Shown here piece by piece: positions 1-9,470 of a DNA stretch of 64,000 nucleotides. Made by a program: the position numbers and the translations under genes. The DNA is taken from contig CACHSA010000003.1 of the NCBI GenBank assembly GCA_902582405.1, forward strand, positions 22,779 through 86,778, in the 5' to 3' direction. Position 1 is the first letter of the stretch, and each line of letters opens with the position of its first letter. The stretch comes from an uncultured Bacteroidota bacterium (GTDB taxonomy: Bacteria > Bacteroidota > Bacteroidia > Flavobacteriales > Flavobacteriaceae). The notes beneath the pieces are model-generated. The model saw only the letters and a program-made list of their open reading frames with translations. It was not told the DNA's origin and ran no database searches.

Positions 1-741
1 AATTCCATTTTTAATTAATTTTTTTTTCAATTTATTAATTGAAATATGTCCATAATGAAAAACACTTGCAGCCAGTGCTGCATCTACATTTGCGTATTTA
101 AAAACATCGACAAAATGTTTAATTTCTCCAGCACCACCCGAGGCTATTAGAGGTATATTAATTGATGAGCTAATTTTATTTAATGCATTAATTGCAAAAC
201 CTGATTTTGTACCATCATGATCCATAGAGGTAAACAAAATTTCACCCGCTCCTCTATCCTCAATTTCTGATACCCATTCAAAAAGGTTTAGTTTGGTAGC
301 CACCTTACCACCAACCAAATGAATTTTCCACTCATTATCAACTAATTTTGCATCAACTGCAACTACTATACATTGATTTCCAAACTGTTTGGATAATTCA
401 TTAATAACATTAGGATTTTTGACTGCATAAGAATTTAATGATATTTTATCTGCTCCATTTTTTAATAATTTTTCCACATCTTTTATAGACTTAATTCCTC
501 CTCCCACTGTAAAAGGAATATCAATCGATTTGGCAATCTCAAAGACAAGTTCATGCAGAGTTTTTCTTTTTTGCTCAGTTGCTGAAATATCTAAAAAAAC
601 AAGTTCATCAGCATTGTTTTGTGAATAGTTTACAGCTAGTTCAATTGGGTCACCAGCATCTTTTAAATTGAAAAAGTTAACACCTTTTACAGTCCTACCG
701 TCTTTTATGTCTAAACAGGGTATAATTCTTTTTGCTAACAT
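1..741 (-). CDS. hisF: Imidazole glycerol phosphate synthase cyclase subunit HisF (C-terminal end runs off the window start)
   Basis: Missing from the ORF track because it is open at the window edge. My translation from the ATG at 741 gives [61 protein letters not shown]...FTVGGGIKS, a canonical HisF N-terminus. The frame stays open to base 1, and the gene completes the his cluster. Confidence 0.93.
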   Translation of the reverse strand, partial: MLAKRIIPCLDIKDGRTVKGVNFFNLKDAGDPIELAVNYSQNNADELVFLDISATEQKRKTLHELVFEIAKSIDIPFTVGGGIKSIKDVEKLLKNGADKISLNSYAVKNPNVINELSKQFGNQCIVVAVDAKLVDNEWKIHLVGGKVATKLNLFEWVSEIEDRGAGEILFTSMDHDGTKSGFAINALNKISSSINIPLIASGGAGEIKHFVDVFKYANVDAALAASVFHYGHISINKLKKKLIKNGI

Positions 742-744
742 AAA

Positions 745-1248
745 TTAATTTAAATCAATTCCATCATAGAAGCCCAAATCATTATTTGTAATATTTTTAG
801 TCAAAAGTGCAATTTGGCCAGTATGATAGGAAAAATGCTCAACAGCATGTATTAAACAACCAATTCCAGAAAGAGTATATACTTGTACTTTCCTTGTTTT
901 TAATAAATTATCCACTGACAACTTAGTAATTATTTTTATTGATTCCTGAATTGTGTTTGATAACATGTTTATTAGAGATGATTTAGTCATTTTTTTATCT
1001 ATTTTAAATTCGTTATCTCTTTCTCTATTAATTTTTTTTTCTCCCAGCGCCGATATTAAATATTGTGTCATATTTCCAACAATATGAATAATTTGATTCC
1101 CAAGAGCAACCCCTTTTTTTGATGGTTTATTCCATAAATCTTTCTCAGTTATCTTATCAAAACAAATAAGAACCATTCTTAAATTTTCTTCTAAACGATA
1201 AATAGAATTTTTTTTAATTTCGATAATCAACTTTTCATTCAATTCCAT
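745..1248 (-). CDS. DinB/DUF1572-like helical-bundle protein (putative metal-dependent enzyme), embedded in the his operon
   Basis: 167-aa ORF with spaced His residues typical of the DinB/YfiT metal triad (NQIIHIVGNM ... HAVEHFSYHTGQIALL). Its start overlaps the hisA stop by 10 nt and its stop lies 4 nt from the hisF ATG. Confidence 0.7.
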   Translation of the reverse strand: MELNEKLIIEIKKNSIYRLEENLRMVLICFDKITEKDLWNKPSKKGVALGNQIIHIVGNMTQYLISALGEKKINRERDNEFKIDKKMTKSSLINMLSNTIQESIKIITKLSVDNLLKTRKVQVYTLSGIGCLIHAVEHFSYHTGQIALLTKNITNNDLGFYDGIDLN

Positions 1249-1964
1249 TTTAAATTAAATTTTTTAATATCATCCATTGAAATTAAGTTTTCATAAATTG
1301 CTTTACCTACAATAGCTCCGTCGCATCCAATTTTTAACAATTTTTCAAGGTCATCAATTCCTTTGATTCCTCCCGAAGATATCAATTTAATTTTCGTTTT
1401 AGACAAAATATTCTCATACATAGAAAATGAGGGACCAGAGAGCATGCCATCTTTTTCTATATCTGTGCAAATAACATATTTGAGATTGTATTTAAGAAAA
1501 GATTTAATTAGAGTGATAGGTGAGATATTTTCTTCGTTTAGCCATCCGTTCGTAAACACTTTATTTTTGAAATAATCAACTCCCAATATTATTTTTTCAA
1601 ATCCAAAGTAGTCAATCCATTTAATAAACTTTTCGGGCTTTTTTACTGCAACACTTCCTGCAATAACTTTATTTATCCCCGATTCAAAAGCAATTTTTAT
1701 CTGATAATCCGACTTTATTCCACCACCAAACTGAATTTCAAGATTTGTTTTTCTAATAATTTTCTCAATGATTTTATAATTTTGAATTTTATTTGATCTA
1801 GCACCGTTTAAATCTACAATATGAAGGTGTTCAACTCCATTGTCTTGAAATTCTAATGCAACATCTACAGGATTTTTATTGTAAATTTTTGATGTGTCGT
1901 ATTTACCTTTACTTAGACGAACACATTTACCATCTAGAATATCAATAGCAGGGATAATTTTCAT
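1239..1964 (-). CDS. hisA: ProFAR isomerase HisA
   Basis: The N-terminus MKIIPAIDILDGKCVRLSKG and the C-terminal GAIVGKAIY are HisA (beta/alpha)8 phosphate-binding signatures. It has a 4-nt overlap with hisH. Confidence 0.93.
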   Translation of the reverse strand: MKIIPAIDILDGKCVRLSKGKYDTSKIYNKNPVDVALEFQDNGVEHLHIVDLNGARSNKIQNYKIIEKIIRKTNLEIQFGGGIKSDYQIKIAFESGINKVIAGSVAVKKPEKFIKWIDYFGFEKIILGVDYFKNKVFTNGWLNEENISPITLIKSFLKYNLKYVICTDIEKDGMLSGPSFSMYENILSKTKIKLISSGGIKGIDDLEKLLKIGCDGAIVGKAIYENLISMDDIKKFNLKWN

Positions 1965-2539
1965 AGGTTTAAAAAATTTTTTAAAATACTACTTCCCACC
2001 TTACTACTTTTTTCAGGATGAAATTGTACTCCAAAGAAATTATCTTTTTGTATTGCAGAACTATATTCTAAACCATAGTCGGTAACTGAGATAGTAGATT
2101 TGATAATAGGCACATAATAACTATGTACAAGATAGACATATGAATTTTCAATTTTTTCATACAAAGGGCCTTTTAAGTTTTTTATGATATTCCAACCCAC
2201 TTGCGGTACTTTAAGTTTATTCGTAAACCTTCTTACATCACATGAAAAAATATTAAGACCCTGAGTATTTCCCTCTTCCGAAATATTACAAAGAAGTTGC
2301 ATGCCTAAGCATATTCCTAAAAAAGGTTGTTTCAAATTTGGAATAACTTTATCCAATCCAGTTGATTTTAGTTTTTTCATTGCTGTTGAAGCCTCCCCTA
2401 CTCCTGGAAATATTACTTTATCACTATTCATAATTATTTCTTTTTCCGCAGTCAAAATTCCATTTACACCAAGTCTATTTAAAGCAAACTCAAGACTCTG
2501 AACATTACCTGCGCCATAATCAACGATAGACACTTTCAT
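1961..2539 (-). CDS. hisH: Imidazole glycerol phosphate synthase glutaminase subunit HisH
   Basis: VSIVDYGAGN, FPGVG, the GICLGMQLL catalytic Cys elbow, and the VHSY / FHPEKS class-I amidotransferase triad. Confidence 0.95.
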   Translation of the reverse strand: MKVSIVDYGAGNVQSLEFALNRLGVNGILTAEKEIIMNSDKVIFPGVGEASTAMKKLKSTGLDKVIPNLKQPFLGICLGMQLLCNISEEGNTQGLNIFSCDVRRFTNKLKVPQVGWNIIKNLKGPLYEKIENSYVYLVHSYYVPIIKSTISVTDYGLEYSSAIQKDNFFGVQFHPEKSSKVGSSILKNFLNL

Positions 2540-3666
2540 TACAATATACCTTTTGTAGTTGGCAAAATCATTTTATCAGGATCCCGTCTTACAGCCATTT
2601 TAATAGCCTTTGCAAAAGCCTTAAAAATCGACTCAATTTTGTGATGCTCATTATCTCCGACCGCCTTGATATTCAAATTTGATTTTGATTCATCCGAAAA
2701 AGATTTAAAAAAATGCATAAACATTTCTGTAGGCATTTTACCTATCATCTCTCTCTTAAAAGAAACATCCCAAACTAACCAACTTCTTCCTCCAAAATCC
2801 AAGCTAACAGTAGCTAAAGAATCATCCATTGGTAAACAAAAACCATATCTTTCAATACCCATTTTATCTTTTAAAACCTTCTTAAACCCTTTGCCTATTG
2901 CTATTGCTGTGTCTTCAATTGTGTGGTGCTCATCAACATCTAAATCACCTTTAACAGATAAGTTAATATCAATTCCAGAATGTTTACTCAATTGTTCAAG
3001 CATATGATCAAAAAACTTTATTCCAGTATCAATTGAGCTATTCCCTGTTCCATCAAGATTCAAAGAGATTTTAATATTTGTTTCGTTAGTTTTTCTTGTA
3101 AAACTGATAGTTCGGAACTTTAATTTTAAAAAATTATAAATACTTTTCCAATCTTGAAAAGAAAACATTGAATTTTCATCTGTGTTGATACCTGATTTGA
3201 AATAATCTGAAGTTTTTAAATCATTAATTAATATTCCTTTACATCCAATATTTTGTGCAAATTTTAAATCTGTTTCCCTGTCACCTATAACAAATGATTC
3301 ATTGATGTTTATGTTTTTGTCTACTAAATATTTCTCGATTAAACCTGTATTTGGCTTTCTTGTATTAGCATTTTCATCAGGGAAGGTCCTATCAATTAGT
3401 ATTTCCTTGAAATATATTCCTTCATTTTTAAGTGTCTTTATTATAAGATTCTGCACTGGCCAAAAGTCTTTCTCAGGAAAAGATTTTGTTCCTAGTCCGT
3501 CTTGATTTGTTACCATGACAAAGTCAAAATCTAATTCTTCAGAAATTTTTGACAAATATTTTAAAACACTTTTTTTAAACTCAAGTTTTTCAAAAGAATC
3601 GACTTGAAAATCTTTTGGCTCATTAATTAGTGTCCCATCTCTATCGATAAAAAGTATTTTTTTCAT
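2539..3666 (-). CDS. hisB: Bifunctional histidinol-phosphatase / imidazoleglycerol-phosphate dehydratase HisB
   Basis: N-terminal HAD motif FIDRDGTLI and GDRETD. The C-terminal IGPD metal motifs are DEHHTIEDTAIA and GDNEHHKIESIFKA. Confidence 0.95.
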   Translation of the reverse strand: MKKILFIDRDGTLINEPKDFQVDSFEKLEFKKSVLKYLSKISEELDFDFVMVTNQDGLGTKSFPEKDFWPVQNLIIKTLKNEGIYFKEILIDRTFPDENANTRKPNTGLIEKYLVDKNININESFVIGDRETDLKFAQNIGCKGILINDLKTSDYFKSGINTDENSMFSFQDWKSIYNFLKLKFRTISFTRKTNETNIKISLNLDGTGNSSIDTGIKFFDHMLEQLSKHSGIDINLSVKGDLDVDEHHTIEDTAIAIGKGFKKVLKDKMGIERYGFCLPMDDSLATVSLDFGGRSWLVWDVSFKREMIGKMPTEMFMHFFKSFSDESKSNLNIKAVGDNEHHKIESIFKAFAKAIKMAVRRDPDKMILPTTKGIL

Positions 3667-4727
3667 TTAGCATCCATTTTAGAGAGTGCTGATATTAAAG
3701 CGTTATTTTCATCTTTTTTTCCAACAGTTATTCGCAAAGTATTTTCACAATTGTGATATTTTGAAGAGTTTCTCACAACTATTCCTAACTCTAATAATTG
3801 ATTATATCTTTTGTTCCCGTTATCAACCTGTATCATAAAGAAATTGGCATCGGATTTATAGATTTTCTTTATGAATTTCACATTTTTAATTTCATTCAAT
3901 AAACGATTTTTTTCTTGAATTATTTCACTAACCTGTTGATAAACAACATCTTGTTTATCAAGTTTTTTAATAGCCGCATCTATAGTTAATGAATTAATGT
4001 TATAAGGGGCTTTAATTTTATTTAGAATTTCTATAATATATTTATTGGCAAAACACATACCTAGCCTTGCTCCTGCTAGACCCTGACCTTTAGAAAATGT
4101 TTGCACAACCACTAGATTTTTATACTTAGAAATCATGGGTACAAATGAATCTCCTTCATAAAATTCAGAATAAGCCTCGTCTACCACAACGAATCCACCA
4201 AAATTATCGATAAGCTTTTGAATTTTTTGATCAGAAAAAGAATTTCCCGTCGGATTATTTGGATTGGGAATAAATATAATCTTTGTGTTTTTTTGAATGG
4301 ATGAAAAAATACTATCCTCATCTAATTCAAATTGCATATTGAGTGGAACTTTCAAGCTTTTAATTAAATTTAAATTAGCGTGAACCTCATACATTCCGAA
4401 AGTGGGCGGGCAGATTAAAATATTATCAACTTTTGGTCTACAAAAGGCGATAATAAGTTGATTTATAATATCATCACTTCCATTTCCAAGATAAATCTGC
4501 TCTAAATTAACATTTTTTGATTCAGCAATTCTTTTTTTTAGTTTAAGCTGCATTGGATCAGGATACCTATTTAGTTCATTTTCAAATGGATTTTCATTAG
4601 CATCCATCATGATCATTTTTTTTTGATCACTTGAAAAATCGTCCCTAGCAGATTTATATGGAATCAATTTTAAAATCTCTTGTCGAGCTAGCGAGAAAAT
4701 ATCTTTTTTATTCATTTTGTATCTCAT
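3663..4727 (-). CDS. hisC: Histidinol-phosphate aminotransferase HisC
   Basis: ANENP, YPDP, and the PLP-lysine motif QTFSKGQGLAGARLG. The start could be 4727 or the ATG at 4715 (MNKKDIF). Confidence 0.93.
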   Translation of the reverse strand: MRYKMNKKDIFSLARQEILKLIPYKSARDDFSSDQKKMIMMDANENPFENELNRYPDPMQLKLKKRIAESKNVNLEQIYLGNGSDDIINQLIIAFCRPKVDNILICPPTFGMYEVHANLNLIKSLKVPLNMQFELDEDSIFSSIQKNTKIIFIPNPNNPTGNSFSDQKIQKLIDNFGGFVVVDEAYSEFYEGDSFVPMISKYKNLVVVQTFSKGQGLAGARLGMCFANKYIIEILNKIKAPYNINSLTIDAAIKKLDKQDVVYQQVSEIIQEKNRLLNEIKNVKFIKKIYKSDANFFMIQVDNGNKRYNQLLELGIVVRNSSKYHNCENTLRITVGKKDENNALISALSKMDAK

Positions 4728-5997
4728 TTAATCTTAATGTAATTGACATTTTGTGGGCATCAAGGCCTTCAGCAGCAGCTAATAACTCAACATGTGGTCC
4801 TATATTTATAATTCCATTTTTAGTAATTTTTTGAAATGTAATTGATTTTAAAAAACTGTCTAAATTTACTCCGCTATATTGTCTAGCAAATCCACTAGTT
4901 GGAAGAGTATGATTCGTGCCTGAAGCGTAATCACCTAGGGTCTCAGGTGAAAAATTTCCTATAAAAACTGAGCCTGCATTTTTTAAACCGTCAATATAAA
5001 ATTGTTTTTTTTCTACGCATATCATATAATGTTCTGGTGCGTAATAATTGATAAAGTTAATCGCGTCTATATCATTTTCAAAAATTATAAACTTTGAATT
5101 TTTCATTGAATCATTTAAAATATTTTTTCTATTTAACTTGGAAATTATTTTACTTATCTCATTTAACACACTGTCTATAACTTCTTTATCATTAGCCACT
5201 AAAATTGATTGACTATCTTTTCCATGTTCAGATTGGGCCAATAAATCAATTGCCACAAAGGAAGGATTACAAGTTTTATCTGCAACTATTAGAACTTCAC
5301 TGGGTCCAGCTGGCAAATCAATACCTACATTATACTTTTGGGCATGTTGCTTTGCAGAGGTAATAAATTGGTTGCCTGGACCAAAAATCTTATATACTTT
5401 TGGTATTGACTCAGTACCAATCGAAAGTGCAGCGATAGACTGGATTCCACCTACTTTATAAATTTTTTTAATTCCACATAAAAATGCAGTATATAAAATA
5501 ACATTTGAGACCCTTCCATTAATATCAGGAGGAGTACAAACGATAATTTCTTCGCATCCTGCAATCTTTGCTGGAATAGCAAGCATTAATAGAGTAGAAA
5601 AAAGTGGAGCTGTTCCACCAGGTATATAGAGTCCAACTTTTTCAATTGGATACTTTTTTTGCCAACACTCAACTCCTTTTGAAGTTTCAACTATAACTTT
5701 ATTTGTTTTTTGAGCAGAATGAAACTTGTGAATATTATTATATGCCACTGTAATAGCCTTTTTTAATTCAAAATCAACTTTATCTATAGAATTTGAGATT
5801 TCAGTTTCAGATACTAAAAAGTCCTTAATTGAAACATTATCATATTTTAAAGTATATTTTGTGAGTGCATCGTCACCCATGGCTTCAACATCTTTAAAAA
5901 TTTCGGAGACAATCTCCTCATTTTGGTTATAGGATGATGTTAACCTAGAACATATTTGATTCCACTTTTCTTTTTTCGGGTTATAAACTATTTCCAT
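4708..5997 (-). CDS. hisD: Histidinol dehydrogenase HisD
   Basis: LAQSEHGKDSQ and GDYASGTNHTLPTSG signatures. I prefer the ATG at 5997 (MEIVYNPKK...), which forms a TAATG overlap with the hisG stop, over the track's longer 6024 start. Confidence 0.94.
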   Translation of the reverse strand: MEIVYNPKKEKWNQICSRLTSSYNQNEEIVSEIFKDVEAMGDDALTKYTLKYDNVSIKDFLVSETEISNSIDKVDFELKKAITVAYNNIHKFHSAQKTNKVIVETSKGVECWQKKYPIEKVGLYIPGGTAPLFSTLLMLAIPAKIAGCEEIIVCTPPDINGRVSNVILYTAFLCGIKKIYKVGGIQSIAALSIGTESIPKVYKIFGPGNQFITSAKQHAQKYNVGIDLPAGPSEVLIVADKTCNPSFVAIDLLAQSEHGKDSQSILVANDKEVIDSVLNEISKIISKLNRKNILNDSMKNSKFIIFENDIDAINFINYYAPEHYMICVEKKQFYIDGLKNAGSVFIGNFSPETLGDYASGTNHTLPTSGFARQYSGVNLDSFLKSITFQKITKNGIINIGPHVELLAAAEGLDAHKMSITLRLNEIQNE

Positions 5998-6848
5998 TAT
6001 AGTACCATTTTTTCTATTGGACAAACTAAAATGTCTTCTGCACCTTCTTTTTTAAGTTTGTCAATTATATTCCAAAAATCTTCATAGTTGATAACTGAGT
6101 GAATAGAACTCCACCCGTCTTTTGCTAGAGGAAGGACTGTTGGGCTCTTTAAAACAGGAAGAATCTCAGATATTTTATTTATACTCTTATTAGGGGCGTT
6201 CATTAAAATATATTTAAATTTTCTTGCCAGTAAAACCGATCTAATCCTGAAAATCAAATTTTTAATTTCATCACATATCTCTTTTTTAACTTTTCCAGAT
6301 TGAACCAAAACCGCCTCTGAATCGAGCAATTTTATAACTTCAACTAATTTATTTTCAAACAAAGTACTTCCACTAGAAACGATGTCACACACTGCATCTG
6401 CAAGACCCATACTAGGTGATATTTCAACAGATCCATTTATAATATGCAAATCGGAATTAATATTTTCTTTTTCTAAAAATTTATTCAAAGTATTTGGATA
6501 TGAAGTAGCAATTCTAATGTTATTTAAATCACTTTTATCTCTATATTTAAAGTCATTTGGAACAGCAATTGACACTCTGCATTTTGCAAAGCCTAGTCTT
6601 TCTAGAATTTTAAATTGATAGCCCCTTTCATGAAGTGTATTTTCACCTATAATCGCAATATCTATTACTCCGTCGTACAAATATTTAGGAATGTCTCCAT
6701 TTCTAAGAAAATAAATTTCTATTGGGTAATTTTTCGAAATTACTTTTAATTGGTCTCTGTATATTTCAAAATTTATACCACAATCCTTTATGAGTTTGAG
6801 GGATTCTTCATTTAATCTCCCACTTTTTTGAATCGCAACTTTTATCAT
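5997..6848 (-). CDS. hisG: ATP phosphoribosyltransferase HisG (long form)
   Basis: IKVAIQKSGRLNEES is the classic HisG N-terminus. The track start at 6854 is a TTG, and the ATG at 6848 (MIKVAIQKSGRL) is the more likely start. Confidence 0.93.
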   Translation of the reverse strand: MIKVAIQKSGRLNEESLKLIKDCGINFEIYRDQLKVISKNYPIEIYFLRNGDIPKYLYDGVIDIAIIGENTLHERGYQFKILERLGFAKCRVSIAVPNDFKYRDKSDLNNIRIATSYPNTLNKFLEKENINSDLHIINGSVEISPSMGLADAVCDIVSSGSTLFENKLVEVIKLLDSEAVLVQSGKVKKEICDEIKNLIFRIRSVLLARKFKYILMNAPNKSINKISEILPVLKSPTVLPLAKDGWSSIHSVINYEDFWNIIDKLKKEGAEDILVCPIEKMVL

Positions 6849-6865
6849 TTTCAAATTTATTTTAT

Positions 6866-6895
6866 AAAAAAACCCGTTTGGAAATCAAACGGGTT
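6866..6895 (-). terminator. Intrinsic terminator hairpin inside the his leader (attenuator terminator)
   Basis: The minus strand reads AACCCGTTTG-ATTTC-CAAACGGGTT followed by TTTTT. This is a perfect 10-bp stem with a 5-nt loop and a U-tract, ending 17 nt before the hisG ATG. Confidence 0.75.
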
Positions 6896-6918
6896 AAATA
6901 ATTTACACAAAACATAAA

Positions 6919-6972
6919 TTACATTTCGTTTGAAATAATTATAAATTCATGAATGTGATGTATTTTTTTCAT
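6919..6972 (-). CDS. Candidate his operon leader peptide MKKIHHIHEFIIISNEM
   Basis: 17-codon ORF read by hand, with three His codons (CAT CAC ATT CAT) at positions 5, 6 and 8. It sits between a TAnnTTTG box and the terminator hairpin. Too short to appear in the ORF track. Confidence 0.45.
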   Translation of the reverse strand: MKKIHHIHEFIIISNEM

Positions 6973-6978
6973 CTTTGG

Positions 6979-6986
6979 CAAATATA
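6979..6986 (-). promoter_or_regulatory. Candidate Bacteroidetes-type -7 promoter box (TATATTTG) for the his leader
   Basis: Matches the TAnnTTTG consensus and lies 6 nt upstream of the leader ATG. In this AT-rich DNA the motif alone is weak evidence. Confidence 0.3.
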
Positions 6987-7001
6987 ATATTTTTTTTAAA
7001 A

Positions 7002-7823
7002 TTATTGATTTCCTAAAATAATAGGTAATCCATCTTTACCACTTCCAATAATAATAACTTTAGCATTCGATGATTCTGAAAGCTTGGTAGTAGCCTCTAT
7101 TCCTTTTTCTTGTAAAATTTTTGCAGTTAACGAAGCGCTTAATATTCTATTTGCTGCAGCTTTACCTTCAGCATCAATTCTTTGTCTTTCAGCCTCCTGT
7201 TTAGCTTTTTCTAGTCTGAATTCATACTCTAATGCTTCCTGTTCTTGTCTTAATTTTCTTTCAATTGCTTCCTTTATAGCGACTGGAAGAGTAACATCAC
7301 GAACTAAAACTGCATTCACTTGAATATGTTGTTCGTCAACATTTTTTATAGTTTCCTCTGCAATTTCAATTTGAATTGCATCACGTTTTGTTGAATAAAG
7401 TTGTTCAGGAGTGTATCTTCCAACCACGGAACGTGCAACAGCTCGGATTTGAGGAATTAAAACAATGTTTACGTAATTTTCACCCTTAGTCTTGTGAAGA
7501 AGGCCTAATTCATTGTATTTCGGTTGGTAAAGAACTGATACGTCTAAAGAAATTTCCAATCCATTAGATGAAAGAACTTGCATACCACTTTCAAAAAACT
7601 CTTGTTGCTTAACATTGTATACATATACCTTATTCCAAGGAGCTATTATATGAAAACCTTCACCTAAAGGTGGAGAATCTGTTACGACTCCTCCTCCGAA
7701 AGTTCTAAATAAAACACCAGCTTCGCCATAGCCAATATTAATAGAAGATTTAGAAATAAATACGATTAAAATAAAACCAAGCAGTAAAGCCGGTAAGCCA
7801 ATTTTAGGTAATTTTTGCATCAT
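7002..7823 (-). CDS. SPFH/band-7 (prohibitin-like) membrane protein
   Basis: An N-terminal TM anchor (LPALLLGFILIVFI) is followed by an SPFH core and a charged coiled-coil tail (KLRQEQEALEYEFRLEKAKQEAERQRIDAEGKA). Confidence 0.85.
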   Translation of the reverse strand: MMQKLPKIGLPALLLGFILIVFISKSSINIGYGEAGVLFRTFGGGVVTDSPPLGEGFHIIAPWNKVYVYNVKQQEFFESGMQVLSSNGLEISLDVSVLYQPKYNELGLLHKTKGENYVNIVLIPQIRAVARSVVGRYTPEQLYSTKRDAIQIEIAEETIKNVDEQHIQVNAVLVRDVTLPVAIKEAIERKLRQEQEALEYEFRLEKAKQEAERQRIDAEGKAAANRILSASLTAKILQEKGIEATTKLSESSNAKVIIIGSGKDGLPIILGNQ

Positions 7824-7832
7824 TTTTTTTTT

Positions 7833-8579
7833 TTAAGTTAACATTCCACCATCCACTACTAGAACCTGTCCAGTTATATATGATGACATATCTGACCCCA
7901 AAAATACACAAACATTTCCTATATCGCTAGGTTTACCCCCTCGTTTTAACGGAATTGAGGTATACCAAGACTTAAGTGTATCGTCAGATAAATTTTTAGT
8001 CATTTCTGTTTCAATAAAACCAGGTGCTACAACATTGCTTCTTATATTTCTGGAACCTAATTCAAGTGCAATAGATTTTGTAAAACCAATAATACCAGCT
8101 TTTGAAGCAGAATAGTTTGATTGACCTGCATTTCCTTTAATACCTACAATGGAACTTATATTAATTATCGAACCGTTCCTGTTTTTCAAAAATTCTCTTT
8201 GAACAGCTTTGGTCATATTAAAAACCGAATTTAAGTTTACTCTTAAAACTTGATTGAAATCGTCTTCTGTCATCCTCATTAACAAATTATCTTTTGTTAT
8301 ACCTGCATTATTAACCAAAATATCAATTTTCCCAAAATCATTTATAACTGAATTGGTAAGAATTTCAGCTTCCTTGTATTTTGAAGCATTACTTTTGTAT
8401 CCCTTAATTTTTAATTCTTTTTCAGATAAAATTGACTCAACCAGTTTGGCCTCAGATTCAGACTTATTGTAAGTAAAAGCTACGTTACATCCATTCGAAA
8501 CAAATTTTTCAACTATTGATTTTCCTATACCTCTTGAGCCACCAGTTATGAGTGCAACTTTGTTTTCTAAAAGTTTCAT
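7833..8579 (-). CDS. fabG: 3-oxoacyl-[ACP] reductase FabG
   Basis: SDR motifs TGGSRGIGK, NNAG and the catalytic YSASKAG. The length (248 aa) is typical. Confidence 0.9.
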   Translation of the reverse strand: MKLLENKVALITGGSRGIGKSIVEKFVSNGCNVAFTYNKSESEAKLVESILSEKELKIKGYKSNASKYKEAEILTNSVINDFGKIDILVNNAGITKDNLLMRMTEDDFNQVLRVNLNSVFNMTKAVQREFLKNRNGSIINISSIVGIKGNAGQSNYSASKAGIIGFTKSIALELGSRNIRSNVVAPGFIETEMTKNLSDDTLKSWYTSIPLKRGGKPSDIGNVCVFLGSDMSSYITGQVLVVDGGMLT

Positions 8580-8581
8580 AT

Positions 8582-9460
8582 TTAATTATTTTTTAAGGCT
8601 TTCTTAACAGTCAATCCAATTTCAGCGGGAGAATCACAAACTAAAATACCACAATCCCGCATAGCCCTTTTCTTAGCCGAAGCAGTATCTTCCTCGCCAC
8701 CAACTATAGCACCGGCATGGCCCATTGTTCTTCCTCTGGGAGCAGTTTCTCCAGCAATAAATCCAATAACGGGTTTTTTATTGCCATTTTCTAAAACATA
8801 TCTAGAGGCATCAACCTCTAATTGCCCTCCAATTTCTCCAATCATGACAACGCAATCTGTTTCATCATCATCCAAAAATAAACTTAATGCGTCTTTCGTT
8901 GTAGTTCCAATAATTGGATCACCACCTATTCCAATTGCGGTAGAAATTCCATGACCATTTTTTACAATTTGATCAGCAGCTTCATAAGTTAAGGTCCCGG
9001 ATTTTGATATTACTCCCACCCTACCTTTTTTGAAAACAAAACCCGGCATAATTCCTACTTTAGCCTCCTCAGGGGTAATAACACCAGGACAATTAGGACC
9101 AATCATTGTACAATCTAAGGGTTTTAAATGTTCATATACTAAAACCATATCTTGCACTGGAATACCCTCAGTAATTGTAACAATAACTCTTATTCCAGAC
9201 TCTGCAGCTTCAATTATCGCGTCCGGTGCAAAAGCAGGCGGAACAAAAATTATACTAGTATTTACATTTTCATTTTTTACAGCATCTAAAACTGAATTAA
9301 AAACCGGTTTATTAAGATGGGTTTGGCCACCTTTCCCAGGAGTAACCCCCCCAACTACGTCAGTCCCATACTCGATCATTTGTTTTGCATGAAATGTCCC
9401 TTCACTTCCAGTGAAACCTTGAACTATAATTTTTGAATCTTTGTTAACCAGTATACTCAT
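8582..9460 (-). CDS. sucD: Succinyl-CoA synthetase alpha subunit
   Basis: VQGFTGSEGTFH, GPNCPG, and the phosphohistidine loop MGHAGAIV. Confidence 0.96.
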   Translation of the reverse strand: MSILVNKDSKIIVQGFTGSEGTFHAKQMIEYGTDVVGGVTPGKGGQTHLNKPVFNSVLDAVKNENVNTSIIFVPPAFAPDAIIEAAESGIRVIVTITEGIPVQDMVLVYEHLKPLDCTMIGPNCPGVITPEEAKVGIMPGFVFKKGRVGVISKSGTLTYEAADQIVKNGHGISTAIGIGGDPIIGTTTKDALSLFLDDDETDCVVMIGEIGGQLEVDASRYVLENGNKKPVIGFIAGETAPRGRTMGHAGAIVGGEEDTASAKKRAMRDCGILVCDSPAEIGLTVKKALKNN

Positions 9461-9470
9461 CTTGTTTTTA

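Noticed and set aside
9030-9392. 120-aa ORF antisense to sucD. Similar cases are 2666..3007 (antisense to hisB), 57447..57791 (antisense to leuC), 42489..42797 (antisense to the TBDR) and 51225..51473 / 51803..52024 (antisense to dnaK).
   Set aside because: Each is embedded opposite a highly conserved housekeeping gene. They have no recognisable domains and Pro/Ser/Gly-rich shadow-frame composition. I treat them as non-coding.
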